The notes beneath the pieces are model-generated. The model worked only from the letters and a program-made list of their open reading frames with translations, made no database searches and was not told the origin of the DNA. From assembly GCA_036556425.1 (NCBI GenBank), contig DATBJJ010000002.1:1521-65520 (forward strand): DNA of 64,000 nt. The letters are read 5' to 3'. The position numbers and the translations under genes were made by a program. The first letter of the stretch is position 1; every line of letters starts with the position of its first letter. Positions 38,533-46,882 of this stretch are shown here, in pieces. The stretch comes from Vicinamibacterales bacterium. GTDB taxonomy: Bacteria; Acidobacteriota; Vicinamibacteria; Vicinamibacterales; 2-12-FULL-66-21.

Positions 38533-38805
38533 AGGCAACCGACTGCGAACATCTTCAACCAATTGCCTACATTAATCAACACCCTTTCGGGATATGCGGT
38601 GCACTTCTAGCGTCATAATTGAGACGAATTATTAGCGTTTTCGGCCGAGTCGCGGGCCGGCCGACCGGCTGAGCCGGCGGGGGGCCGTGGAAGGGTCCGG
38701 CTTTGGCCGGACCCGAGCGCTGCATGCAATTCTGTGCAGCCGATACGGCCCTGGTCCAAACGGCCGATAATCAAGGCGCATCTCAAACCTACGACAGGAG
38801 CGCAC

Positions 38806-39660
38806 ATGGCGGCTCGTCCCACGTGGAAAGGGTTTCTGAAAATCAGTCTCGTGAACATCCCCGTGCGCGTGTTTCCAGCGACGGACGCCGCGGCCACGAT
38901 CAGCTTCAACCAGCTCCACGCCGAATGCCAGACGCGCATTCAGCAGAAGCGCTGGTGCCCGAAGTGCGAGCGCGAGGTTCCAATCTCCGAGATTGCGAAG
39001 GGCTACGAGTTTGAGAAGGGACGCTACGTCGTCATGACAGAGGACGACATCGCGAAAGTGCGGCCCGAATCGACGCGCGTGATCGATCTCGTGCAGTTCA
39101 CCGATGCCGCGGCGATCGATCCGATCTACGTCGAGCGTCCGTACTATCTCGCGCCCGACGGCGCGATCGCGCGCGAGGCCTTCGCCGTCATGCGCGAGGG
39201 CATGAAAGGGAAGGCGGGCATCGGGAAGCTCGCGCTCTACGGACGCGAGTATCTCGTCGCCGTGCAGGCGCGCGAGAAGGGGCTGGTGATGTACACCATG
39301 CGGCACGCGAAGGAAGTGCGCAGCATGGAGAACATCGAGGAGCTCGAGGACGTGCCGACGAAGGTGAAGCCGGACGAGATCAAGCTCGCGAAGCAGGTGA
39401 TCGGCAACTTCGAGGCGGCGCTCAATCTCGAGGAGTACAGCGACAAGTATCAGGAGGAGCTGCAGCGGATCATCGACGCAAAAGTGGCGGGCGAGGAGGT
39501 CGTGGCGACGGCGGAGGAGACGCCACCGAAGGTCGTCAACCTCATGGACGCGCTGCGCCAGAGCCTCGATCGCGTGAGCAGCGGCAAGAAGAAGTCGGCC
39601 AAGGCAGAGATCGAGAAGCCCGTGAAAGCGGTTCCGAAGAAGAAAGCCGCAGCAAGGTAA
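38806..39660 (+). CDS. ku: Ku protein (bacterial NHEJ)
   Basis: ATG 38806 with AGGAG upstream. MAARPTWKGFLKISLVNIPVRVFPAT, YYLAPD, and a Lys-rich C-terminal tail. Confidence 0.92.
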   Translation: MAARPTWKGFLKISLVNIPVRVFPATDAAATISFNQLHAECQTRIQQKRWCPKCEREVPISEIAKGYEFEKGRYVVMTEDDIAKVRPESTRVIDLVQFTDAAAIDPIYVERPYYLAPDGAIAREAFAVMREGMKGKAGIGKLALYGREYLVAVQAREKGLVMYTMRHAKEVRSMENIEELEDVPTKVKPDEIKLAKQVIGNFEAALNLEEYSDKYQEELQRIIDAKVAGEEVVATAEETPPKVVNLMDALRQSLDRVSSGKKKSAKAEIEKPVKAVPKKKAAAR

Positions 39661-39680
39661 ACGCGGATAACACGGATCAA

Positions 39681-39890
39681 AGTGCAAGGGTGCCAGGGTG
39701 CAGGGGTGCCAAGGTGCAAGGTGCCAAGGTGCAAGGTGCCAAGGTGCAAGGTGCCTAGGTGCAAGGTGCCTAGGTGCAAGGTGCCTAGGTAAGGTGCCAA
39801 GGTGCTTTGCATCTGAGACGTGGCACCCTGCACTCTGCACTCTGGCACCCTGCACTCTGGCACCCTTGCACCTTGGCACCTTGGCACCCT
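39681..39890. repeat. Heptamer/octamer-array inverted repeat, AGGTGCM family (locus R5)
   Basis: Left arm caagggtgcc agggtgc aggggtgcc aaggtgc aaggtgcc ... taggtgc. Short centre tttgcatctgagacg. Right arm tggcaccc tgcactc tgcactc tggcaccc ... ttggcacc. Confidence 0.9.
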
Positions 39891-40580
39891 GATCGTCACC
39901 TCCTCTTCGATGTGATCGGCGCGGCTGCCGGCGTGATCGTCTTCGCGCCGGCGATGGCGCTGATCGCGATAGCCATCCTGATCGAGGACGGCGGGCCGGT
40001 GCTCTTTCGTCAGCCGCGTCTCGGCTACCGACGCGTCCCGTTCGACATTCTCAAGTTTCGATCGATGCGCGACGGACGGATCACGCGTGTAGGTCGAGTG
40101 CTCCGCGCGACGGGTCTCGACGAGATCCCGCAGTTGTTCAACATCCTTCGCGGCGAGATGAGCGCGGTCGGCCCGCGGCCGCTGACGGCGGCCGACGTGG
40201 ACCGGCTGGGTTGGAGCGGCGAACGGTTCGACTTCCGGTGGGAATGCGCCCCGGGCCTGACCGGCCTGGCGCAGCTGTTGGGCATGGGCGCGGCGGACGC
40301 CGCGCTCGCGTGGGACCGCGTGCACGCGGAGCGGTGGAGTCCGTGGCTGGATTGCCAGCTCATCGCGTGGTCGTTCGTCGTCAACGCGTTCGGGAAGGCA
40401 CGCACGCGCCGCTGGATTCACCGTTACGCCCAGCGATTCGCCGCGGAGCAATTCGCGCTTGCCGTCGCGGGGCGAGTCAATGACAATACGCCCATTCGGG
40501 TCGAGCCGCCGCCGTCGGACAACGAGCCGGACGGCCCGCAGGCAAGCGCCGGGCGAAGCCGCATCGAGGAGGGCTCATGA
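39873..40580 (+). CDS. Bacterial sugar transferase (small phosphoglycosyl-transferase, WbaP/PglC-like); start uncertain
   Basis: LFDVIGAAAGVIVFAPAMALIAIAILIEDGGPVLFRQPRLG, FDILKFRSM and DEIPQLFNILRGEMSAVGPRP. Possible starts are ATG 39807 and TTG 39873 (both inside repeat R5) and GTG 39912 (truncates the conserved N-terminus). Confidence 0.75.
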   Translation: MAPWHPDRHLLFDVIGAAAGVIVFAPAMALIAIAILIEDGGPVLFRQPRLGYRRVPFDILKFRSMRDGRITRVGRVLRATGLDEIPQLFNILRGEMSAVGPRPLTAADVDRLGWSGERFDFRWECAPGLTGLAQLLGMGAADAALAWDRVHAERWSPWLDCQLIAWSFVVNAFGKARTRRWIHRYAQRFAAEQFALAVAGRVNDNTPIRVEPPPSDNEPDGPQASAGRSRIEEGS

Positions 40581-42034
40581 AGGCGACGAGGAAGAAACGC
40601 CAGCGGACGATGACACGCCGTGAGTTCGTCGGCGGGCTGACCGCCGCGGGAATCGTCACCGGCGCGCCGGCGCTGCTCCGCGGGCGCAATCTCAACGAGA
40701 AGCTCGATATCGCGTTCATCGGCTGCGGCGGTCGCGGGATGGCGAGCCTCAGCGAGCTCACGATCGATCCGAATCGTCCGCCGAACGCGGCGCAGGGCCG
40801 CGGCGGCGGCAACATCGCGCCGGGCGTGCCGCATCCGGACGAGAACGTCGCCGTCCTCTGCGACACCAACCAGCTCGCGGTCGACGCGGCGATGAAGCGC
40901 TTTCCGAAAGCGCGAGCGCTCAACGATCTCCGGCGCCTGTTCGACAAGCCGAACGACTTCGACGCGGTCGTCGTCTCGACCGCCGAGCACACCCACGCGT
41001 TCGCGACGTACCTCGCGCTGACGCACGGCAAGCACGTCTACTGCGAGAAGCCGCTGACCTACAACATCTGGGAAGCGCGCTTCATTCGAGAGGTTGCGGC
41101 GAAGTACCCGAAGCTGTCCACGCAGATGGGCAACCAAGGGCACGCGTCTCCCGCGCGCCGCTCGATCAAGGAGATCCTCATGACGGGCGTTATCGGTCCC
41201 GTTCGCGAGGTGCACGTGTGGGCCGATCGCGCGTGGGGGCTCCAGGACTTCGAGTCCGCGGATCGGTACGACCGGCCGCACGGCTTCTACAAGGACGTGC
41301 AGATCGTCGATCGATTCAAGGAAGAAATGGTCCCGCCGCCAAACATGCACTGGGATCTCTGGGTGGGTCCCGCGCCGCTGCGGCCGTTCCACGAGACGTA
41401 CTTCCCCGGACCGCGATGGTATCGGTGGTGGGACTTCGGCAACGGCACGATGAGCGATCTCGGCAGCCACGACAACGACGTGCCGTACACCGTGCTCGAC
41501 ATCAAGACGCCGTTGACGATCGAAGCGAAGTCGCCGAACGGACCGGTGGCGCACAAAGAGCTCGCGCCGGCGACGATGACGGTGACCTACCAGTTCGCCG
41601 CGTCGCCGTCGGGCGCGCCGCCCGTGAAATTGATTTGGCACCAGGGCGACAGCAAGCCGCCAGGCTGGGTCCCCGCGTGGGGCGGACGATCGCAGATCTT
41701 CATCGGCGACAACGGCATGCTGCTCGGCAACGGCACGCTGCTGCCCGAGGAGAAGTTCAAAGACTTCCAGAAGCCGGCCGAGACGCTGCCTCGCTCGCCG
41801 GGCCACTGGGTGGAGTGGGTGAATTACGCCAAAGGCACCGGACCGGTGCCCGGCTCGAACTTCCAGTATTCCGGTTGGACGACGGAAGCGAACCATCTCG
41901 GCAACGTCGCGTATCGCGCCGGGAAGAAGCTCGAGTGGGACTACAAGAACCTGCGCGCGACGAACGCGCCGGAAGCCGCGCCGTTCATCAAACGGCAATA
42001 CCGAAAAGGTTGGGACGATATTCTCAGGACCTGA
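40577..42034 (+). CDS. Gfo/Idh/MocA-family oxidoreductase with Tat signal
   Basis: MTRREFVGGLTAAGIVTGAPALL, then Rossmann motif IAFIGCGGRG and EKPLT. The ATG overlaps the upstream stop (ATGA). Confidence 0.88.
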   Translation: MKATRKKRQRTMTRREFVGGLTAAGIVTGAPALLRGRNLNEKLDIAFIGCGGRGMASLSELTIDPNRPPNAAQGRGGGNIAPGVPHPDENVAVLCDTNQLAVDAAMKRFPKARALNDLRRLFDKPNDFDAVVVSTAEHTHAFATYLALTHGKHVYCEKPLTYNIWEARFIREVAAKYPKLSTQMGNQGHASPARRSIKEILMTGVIGPVREVHVWADRAWGLQDFESADRYDRPHGFYKDVQIVDRFKEEMVPPPNMHWDLWVGPAPLRPFHETYFPGPRWYRWWDFGNGTMSDLGSHDNDVPYTVLDIKTPLTIEAKSPNGPVAHKELAPATMTVTYQFAASPSGAPPVKLIWHQGDSKPPGWVPAWGGRSQIFIGDNGMLLGNGTLLPEEKFKDFQKPAETLPRSPGHWVEWVNYAKGTGPVPGSNFQYSGWTTEANHLGNVAYRAGKKLEWDYKNLRATNAPEAAPFIKRQYRKGWDDILRT

Positions 42035-42035
42035 C

Positions 42036-42127
42036 GGGACCCGGGATCCGGGACCCGGGATCCGATAACTGACAGCTGACAGCTGATAGCTGATAGCTGA
42101 CAGCTGACAGCTGAAAGCTCGGAGCTT
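42036..42127. repeat. Tandem heptamer array with palindromic cores (locus R6)
   Basis: gggacccgggatcc x2, followed by gacagct gacagct gatagct gatagct gacagct gacagct (mirror-symmetric order). Confidence 0.85.
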
Positions 42128-42130
42128 CTC

Positions 42131-43033
42131 ATGCGACTGTCGCGACGAGACTTCGTGACGCACACGGCGATCGCGTCTGCGTTGATGCCCGGCGTTGCGC
42201 GCGCCCAGGCGAAGACGGCCGTCAACCCCGTGCCGGTGCGCGTCGGGATGACGGATTGGAACCTCGGCCAGCGCGGTGACATCACCAAGATCTCGCTCGC
42301 GCGCGAGATCGGCCTCGACGGGATCCAGGTCAGCGTGCAGTACCCAACGGATCCCTCGGCGCCGACACTGCGCGACCCGAAGACGCAGGCGGCGTTCAAG
42401 CGCGCGGCGCTCGACAACGGCATCCAGATCTGCTCGCTCGCGATTGGATCGCCCGGCAAGTCGCGGCTCCCGCTGCACACGAACCCCGCCGCGGCGATTC
42501 TGCTCGCCGAGGCCGTCGAGATCGCGCACAACATCGGCACGAACAACATCCTCGTGCCGATCCTCGGCGACAGCCACATCGACATGACGAACGCGTCGCA
42601 GGTGAATGCGTTCGTCGCGATGATGAAGGAGATTGCCCGCTACGCGGAGAGGTTGGACGTCGTGGTCGGCATCGAGGATTGGATCTCGGCCGAGGACAAT
42701 ATCAAGCTCCTCGACGCGATCGGATCGGATCACATCGCCGTCTACTACGACGCGCACAACATCGTCTCTCGCGCGGCGACGAAGGACATCTACGCGGAGC
42801 CGAAGCTGCTCGGCAAGCGGATCAACCAGATCCACGTGAAGAACGCGAACATGCTGTTGTCCGATCCGGGCGGCAAGCTGGACTGGCCGCGCATGGCGCA
42901 GGAGTTCTACGAGATCGGCTATCGCGGCTGGTACGTGCTCGAGACGCCCGCGCCGAGCAAAGACCTCGTCGCCGATACACGCGCGAACATCGAGTACGTG
43001 AAGAAGACGTTTCGCATGCCGCCGGCCAGCTAG
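42131..43033 (+). CDS. Xylose-isomerase-like TIM-barrel protein (sugar phosphate isomerase/epimerase family) with Tat signal
   Basis: MRLSRRDFVTHTAIASALMPGVARAQA. Segments GLDGIQV, VGIEDW and GWYVLE are typical of the AP_endonuc_2 fold. Confidence 0.82.
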   Translation: MRLSRRDFVTHTAIASALMPGVARAQAKTAVNPVPVRVGMTDWNLGQRGDITKISLAREIGLDGIQVSVQYPTDPSAPTLRDPKTQAAFKRAALDNGIQICSLAIGSPGKSRLPLHTNPAAAILLAEAVEIAHNIGTNNILVPILGDSHIDMTNASQVNAFVAMMKEIARYAERLDVVVGIEDWISAEDNIKLLDAIGSDHIAVYYDAHNIVSRAATKDIYAEPKLLGKRINQIHVKNANMLLSDPGGKLDWPRMAQEFYEIGYRGWYVLETPAPSKDLVADTRANIEYVKKTFRMPPAS

Positions 43034-43042
43034 GCCGCGCGG

Positions 43043-44113
43043 TCAGCTCTTCTTCTTCTTCTTCCACTCCCACCAGTCTTCGACGACGGCGTCGACCATG
43101 TCCCGGGCGGCTTTTTCGAGCCATCCGGACTTTCGTTTCTTCAGATCGCGAACGATGAGCGACGGCCGCGCCGTGCCGAGGTGCACGTTCGCGAGCTCCC
43201 ACCCCATCGCGCGCAGCAGCTTGCGCTCGAACGTCCGGCCCGGAAGATACGCGACGTCGATCTTCGTGCAGTCCGGCGAGAGCCGCCGGACGCTCCACCC
43301 TTTCCGAATCGCGAAGAACGGATCGCGGTCACGCACCGCACGCTCGAAGATCGTGGAGGACAAGGTGCGTGCGCCGGCCTCGCCAGCCGCCCACGCGAAC
43401 GCGGACGGCACGACCGCCTTGGCTTCTCTCGCGATCGACGCGCCACGGTACGTCCCGAGTGCGACGAAACGCGGACGGCCGAGGCTGCCCATGCCCGCGA
43501 TGCGCCTGCGGATCCGAATGCCCGACGTGCCCTTCGGCAGACGCAGGATCCCGGCCGCGTCGCGCGGAGGGCGTCCGTGCTTCGGCGCGGAGTCGAGCTT
43601 CTTCCAGAAGTTGTGCGGATCCTTGAGCGAGTATTTCGCGATCTCGCCCAGCCACTGGTGCGTTTCGGCGAGCACGACTGGATCGCCGCCGGACGTCATC
43701 GAGGCGGCGTAGCCTTCGAGGATCGCCCTGCACAGATTCCGTATCGATATCGCGAGCTCTCCCTGATGCTTCGCGAGCGCGGCGCTCGTCGCGAGCCGAA
43801 CGAGGTCTTGAGTGTAGGGAAGCCGGTACGCTTCGTCGGGATCGTTCACGCCCCACACTAGCCGGCCCTCGTCGTCGCGCCAGGTGCCGAAGTTCTCGAG
43901 GTGGAGATCGCCGACCGCCACGACCTGCGGCGCGTCGGCGAGATCGGAGCACATGGCGGGCCAGATCTGCGCCCATCGATAGAACGTGGCGCGGAGGAAC
44001 ACGAACGGGTTCCGCTTCATTTCCTCGTGCTTGAGGCGAAGGTCGGAGGACACGACGCCGGTGTGCGCGCGAAGCCACGATTCGTAGGAGCGCGTGGCTT
44101 TGAGGATGTTCAT
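43043..44113 (-). CDS. DUF2252 domain protein
   Basis: FVFLRATFYRW and AVGDLHLENFGTWRDDEGRLVWGVNDPDEA match my memory of DUF2252. Confidence 0.75.
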   Translation of the reverse strand: MNILKATRSYESWLRAHTGVVSSDLRLKHEEMKRNPFVFLRATFYRWAQIWPAMCSDLADAPQVVAVGDLHLENFGTWRDDEGRLVWGVNDPDEAYRLPYTQDLVRLATSAALAKHQGELAISIRNLCRAILEGYAASMTSGGDPVVLAETHQWLGEIAKYSLKDPHNFWKKLDSAPKHGRPPRDAAGILRLPKGTSGIRIRRRIAGMGSLGRPRFVALGTYRGASIAREAKAVVPSAFAWAAGEAGARTLSSTIFERAVRDRDPFFAIRKGWSVRRLSPDCTKIDVAYLPGRTFERKLLRAMGWELANVHLGTARPSLIVRDLKKRKSGWLEKAARDMVDAVVEDWWEWKKKKKS

Positions 44114-44128
44114 CGCCCGGCGAGTATA

Positions 44129-44581
44129 TTAGGTGCGGTCTCTGGCGGCGCGCCTGCCGGTGACGCGGTCTATTTGAATGCGGTAGACGACCATTTCGTG
44201 GCGCTCGCCCGATCTCAGCCGTCCCGCGGCGGGGAGCCACCATTCGCGGCGCTCCTGGAAGAGGCGCTCGGCGCGCCGGCGCGCCTCCGCTTCCTTCGGC
44301 GATTGGTGAATCTCCTCGTACCGCCCGAAGACGACGACCGTCGTCCAATGATCCTTATCGGCGATGTCTTCGATCTCGAGACAGACCTTGGGGTTCTGTC
44401 GCATCCACTCGATCTTCTGGCCGATCGTCGAGAACGCGTAGACGCAGTGCCGATCGGCGTCGAACGAAAAGTGGATCGGGATGATGTAGGGCTGGTTGTC
44501 GTGCGCGCAACCCAGGCGTCCGAGATGGACCCGGCTCAGGATGTCGAGGCACTGCGAGGACGTCAGCTCGAGAATGCGCAT
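44129..44581 (-). CDS. Pyridoxamine 5'-phosphate oxidase-family (FMN-binding split barrel) protein
   Basis: LSSQCLDILSRVHLGRLGC..NQPYIIPIHF and WTTVVVFGRYEEI. Paralogous to 45144..45692. Confidence 0.8.
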   Translation of the reverse strand: MRILELTSSQCLDILSRVHLGRLGCAHDNQPYIIPIHFSFDADRHCVYAFSTIGQKIEWMRQNPKVCLEIEDIADKDHWTTVVVFGRYEEIHQSPKEAEARRRAERLFQERREWWLPAAGRLRSGERHEMVVYRIQIDRVTGRRAARDRT

Positions 44582-44703
44582 TCCGCCGCGAGTATACGAC
44601 GAACCCCGCGGGCGGTTTCTCCGCGGGGATTTTTCCGCGGCGCCGGAGAAATCCCGCGTCTCGATGCTCGATTGACGCGGGTTTTCGGTGGTTTTCGCGC
44701 GGC

Positions 44704-45138
44704 ATGGAACATGCCTCTGATCGCTCCGAGGTCACTGCCATGGAATGCGCGGAGCGGCGACTGGTTCTGGATCGATCCTTCGACGAGGCGGTCGACGTCG
44801 TGCTCGATGCGTTCATTCGAGAGGGGTTCAGCGTCCGGTCGCTCGACGGCGGCGATCTGCGAGGCGGCAGGATCGAATCGTCGCGCCGCTATGCGCTGCT
44901 CGACGTCGTGCTGCCCGAGCTGACGTGTTGTGCGACAACGCTCCACGCCGACGACAACGTGCTCGTCGGGTGCCGGTTGGCGCTGTTCGAGCTGACCGGC
45001 TCGTGCACGCTCCTGACCGCGGAAAACCCGATGATGCGGTTTCCCGTGCTCGCGGACCTCGTGTCGAAGGTCAACGAACGGATCGGATGCGCATTGCGGA
45101 CCGTCGGCGAGAGCCGCACGGCCGTGAGCGCGGCGTGA
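44704..45138 (+). CDS. DUF302-like protein (tentative)
   Basis: SFDEAVDVVLDAFIREGFSV..., RRYALLDVVLPEL and LVGCRLALFE resemble the DUF302 pattern. Confidence 0.5.
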   Translation: MEHASDRSEVTAMECAERRLVLDRSFDEAVDVVLDAFIREGFSVRSLDGGDLRGGRIESSRRYALLDVVLPELTCCATTLHADDNVLVGCRLALFELTGSCTLLTAENPMMRFPVLADLVSKVNERIGCALRTVGESRTAVSAA

Positions 45139-45143
45139 CAGCC

Positions 45144-45692
45144 ATGCGGATCAAAGCGCTTTCGCTCGAGGAATGTCAGGACGCGCTGCGGCGCGCCGGC
45201 GTGGGCCGCCTCGCGTGCGTTCGGTACAACCAGCCGTACATCGTGCCGATCTCGTTCGAGCTCGTCGACGACGCGCTCTATGGGTTCGCGATGGCGGGAC
45301 GCAAGATCCACTGGATGCGATCGAATCCGAACGTGTGCGTCGAGGTCGACGACATTCGCGATCGCTTCAATTGGACGTCGGTGATCGTCGAGGGCCGGTA
45401 CGAGGAGCTGACCGATTCGAAGACGCACGAGGCCGACCGCGCGAGGGCCGAGCAGTTGTTCCGAGGCCGCCCGCATTGGCGGTATCCGGCGTCCGCGACG
45501 CTCGATCCGGCGCGCGCGTTGAATCCGGTGTTCTATCGCATCCAGATCGAATCGATCAGCGGCCGCCACGCGTTCCAGCCGTCGCGTCTCGATCGACTCA
45601 AGGTCGCGACCCGCGCCGCGAGGCTGCGGCAATGGTGGCGGCGCGTCGCTCGTATCGAGAAACCGCGCGTGGCAGCGCGTAGTGAGATGTGA
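45144..45692 (+). CDS. Pyridoxamine 5'-phosphate oxidase-family protein (second copy)
   Basis: LSLEECQDALRRAGVGRLACVRYNQPYIVPISF and WTSVIVEGRYEEL. Confidence 0.8.
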   Translation: MRIKALSLEECQDALRRAGVGRLACVRYNQPYIVPISFELVDDALYGFAMAGRKIHWMRSNPNVCVEVDDIRDRFNWTSVIVEGRYEELTDSKTHEADRARAEQLFRGRPHWRYPASATLDPARALNPVFYRIQIESISGRHAFQPSRLDRLKVATRAARLRQWWRRVARIEKPRVAARSEM

Positions 45693-45718
45693 ACGCGACC
45701 GCTCGACGCGCCTAGACG

Positions 45719-46423
45719 TCAGCCGTCGATCAGTCGGACGGCTTCGGGTCCGTAGCGCGCCAGCATGTCTCGAAGCGCCTTGCCCGCTTCGTCCTCGAAC
45801 GTCTCGTCGAGCATCGTGGATGCCGTGACGCGATCGAGGCGGAAGTTCCGGAAGTCTCGGCGCAGCTCGCACCAGGCGGCCAGCGTCCACGTCCGGCCCC
45901 AGAAGAAGATCCCCAGCGGACGCACGGTCCGCTTCGTCGCCGCCCCATCGGCCTTCGCGTACAACAGCTCGAGCTTGCGGCGTGCGATCAGCGCTTCGCG
46001 CGCGAGCGCGAGCGCATCGGCGGATCTTCCCGCGCCGATCGTCGAGGGCACGAACAGCCGCGTCTCGGCGACGAACGGCGCGAGATCTTTCGGGACGATC
46101 GCCGCGACCTTGCCGAGAATCGTATCGCTCGCGCGCGCCAGCGCGGGATCGCCGAACTGCCGGACGATGCGCGCGCCGAGCACGAGCGCCTGGATCTCAT
46201 CGCGGTCGAACATGAGCGGCGGCAGGTCGTAGCCGGGACGGATCCGGTAGCCGACGCCCGCTTCGCCGTCGATCGGCGTGCCGGCGAGGATCAGATCTCG
46301 TATGTCGCGATAGACCGTGCGCTCCGACACGCCGAGCCGCTCGGCAAGATGCGCGGCGGTCGTCGCCGTCCGGCGCCGCCGCAACACGCTCACGATTTGG
46401 AACAGCCGATCGGCTCGACGCAT
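45719..46423 (-). CDS. YafY-family transcriptional regulator (HTH + WYL domain)
   Basis: MRRADRLFQIVSVLRRRR..TAAHLAERLGVSERTVYRDIRDL, followed by a WYL-type C-terminal half. Confidence 0.85.
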   Translation of the reverse strand: MRRADRLFQIVSVLRRRRTATTAAHLAERLGVSERTVYRDIRDLILAGTPIDGEAGVGYRIRPGYDLPPLMFDRDEIQALVLGARIVRQFGDPALARASDTILGKVAAIVPKDLAPFVAETRLFVPSTIGAGRSADALALAREALIARRKLELLYAKADGAATKRTVRPLGIFFWGRTWTLAAWCELRRDFRNFRLDRVTASTMLDETFEDEAGKALRDMLARYGPEAVRLIDG

Positions 46424-46438
46424 CGGAGGATTGTGCCA

Positions 46439-46789
46439 TCAGGCGGCCTGTGCTTCGACGAGGCCGATCGCGTGCCCCTCGGGATCTTCGAAGATCCCGA
46501 GCGTGACGCCGGGCATGACGGTGCGCGGCATGACGACGCGTCCGCCCAGCCGCTCGACGTCGGCGAGCGACGCGGTGACGTCGGGCGTCTGGACGTAGAA
46601 GGTGACCCACTCGCGCGTGCCCGGATAGCTCACGCCAACCCCGCCCGGAATGCCGCGGCCGTTCGACTGCACCAATCCGTACGTCGACGGGTCGCCACCG
46701 AACGACCAGCCGAAGAGGGAGCCGTAGAACTGACAGAGCTTGCCCGCGTCCTTGCCGAGGACCTCGAACCACATCACCGGATGCTTCAT
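46439..46789 (-). CDS. VOC (glyoxalase/bleomycin-resistance fold) family protein
   Basis: 116 aa. MWFEVLGKDAGKLCQFYGSLFGW ... GIFEDPEGHAIGLV. Confidence 0.8.
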   Translation of the reverse strand: MKHPVMWFEVLGKDAGKLCQFYGSLFGWSFGGDPSTYGLVQSNGRGIPGGVGVSYPGTREWVTFYVQTPDVTASLADVERLGGRVVMPRTVMPGVTLGIFEDPEGHAIGLVEAQAA

Positions 46790-46824
46790 TGCTGTCTCCT
46801 TTCAACGTGCAGGATGACAGCCGG

Positions 46825-46848
46825 CTGCTGACACCGTCCTGTCAGCAG
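46825..46848 (-). terminator. Perfect 9-bp stem hairpin (ctgctgaca-N6-tgtcagcag) downstream of the FixL-like kinase gene
   Basis: Read directly. No U-tract follows, so the terminator function is tentative. Confidence 0.35.
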
Positions 46849-46882
46849 TCACTCCGTCGTTGAGTGTTCACGGCGGGCTGGA

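Noticed and set aside
38632-39879. 415-aa ORF antisense to ku.
   Set aside because: It is opposite a very well supported Ku gene. Its N-terminus is array-derived and the remainder is low-complexity Leu/Arg/His-rich.
39821-39890. Sigma54 promoter look-alikes (TGGCACCC...TTGCACC / TGGCACCCTGCA) inside arrays R5 and R1 (5700-5744).
   Set aside because: The GG-to-GC spacing in the repeats is 3-4 nt too short for the canonical TGGCAC-N5-TTGC geometry. The resemblance follows from the unit sequence itself.
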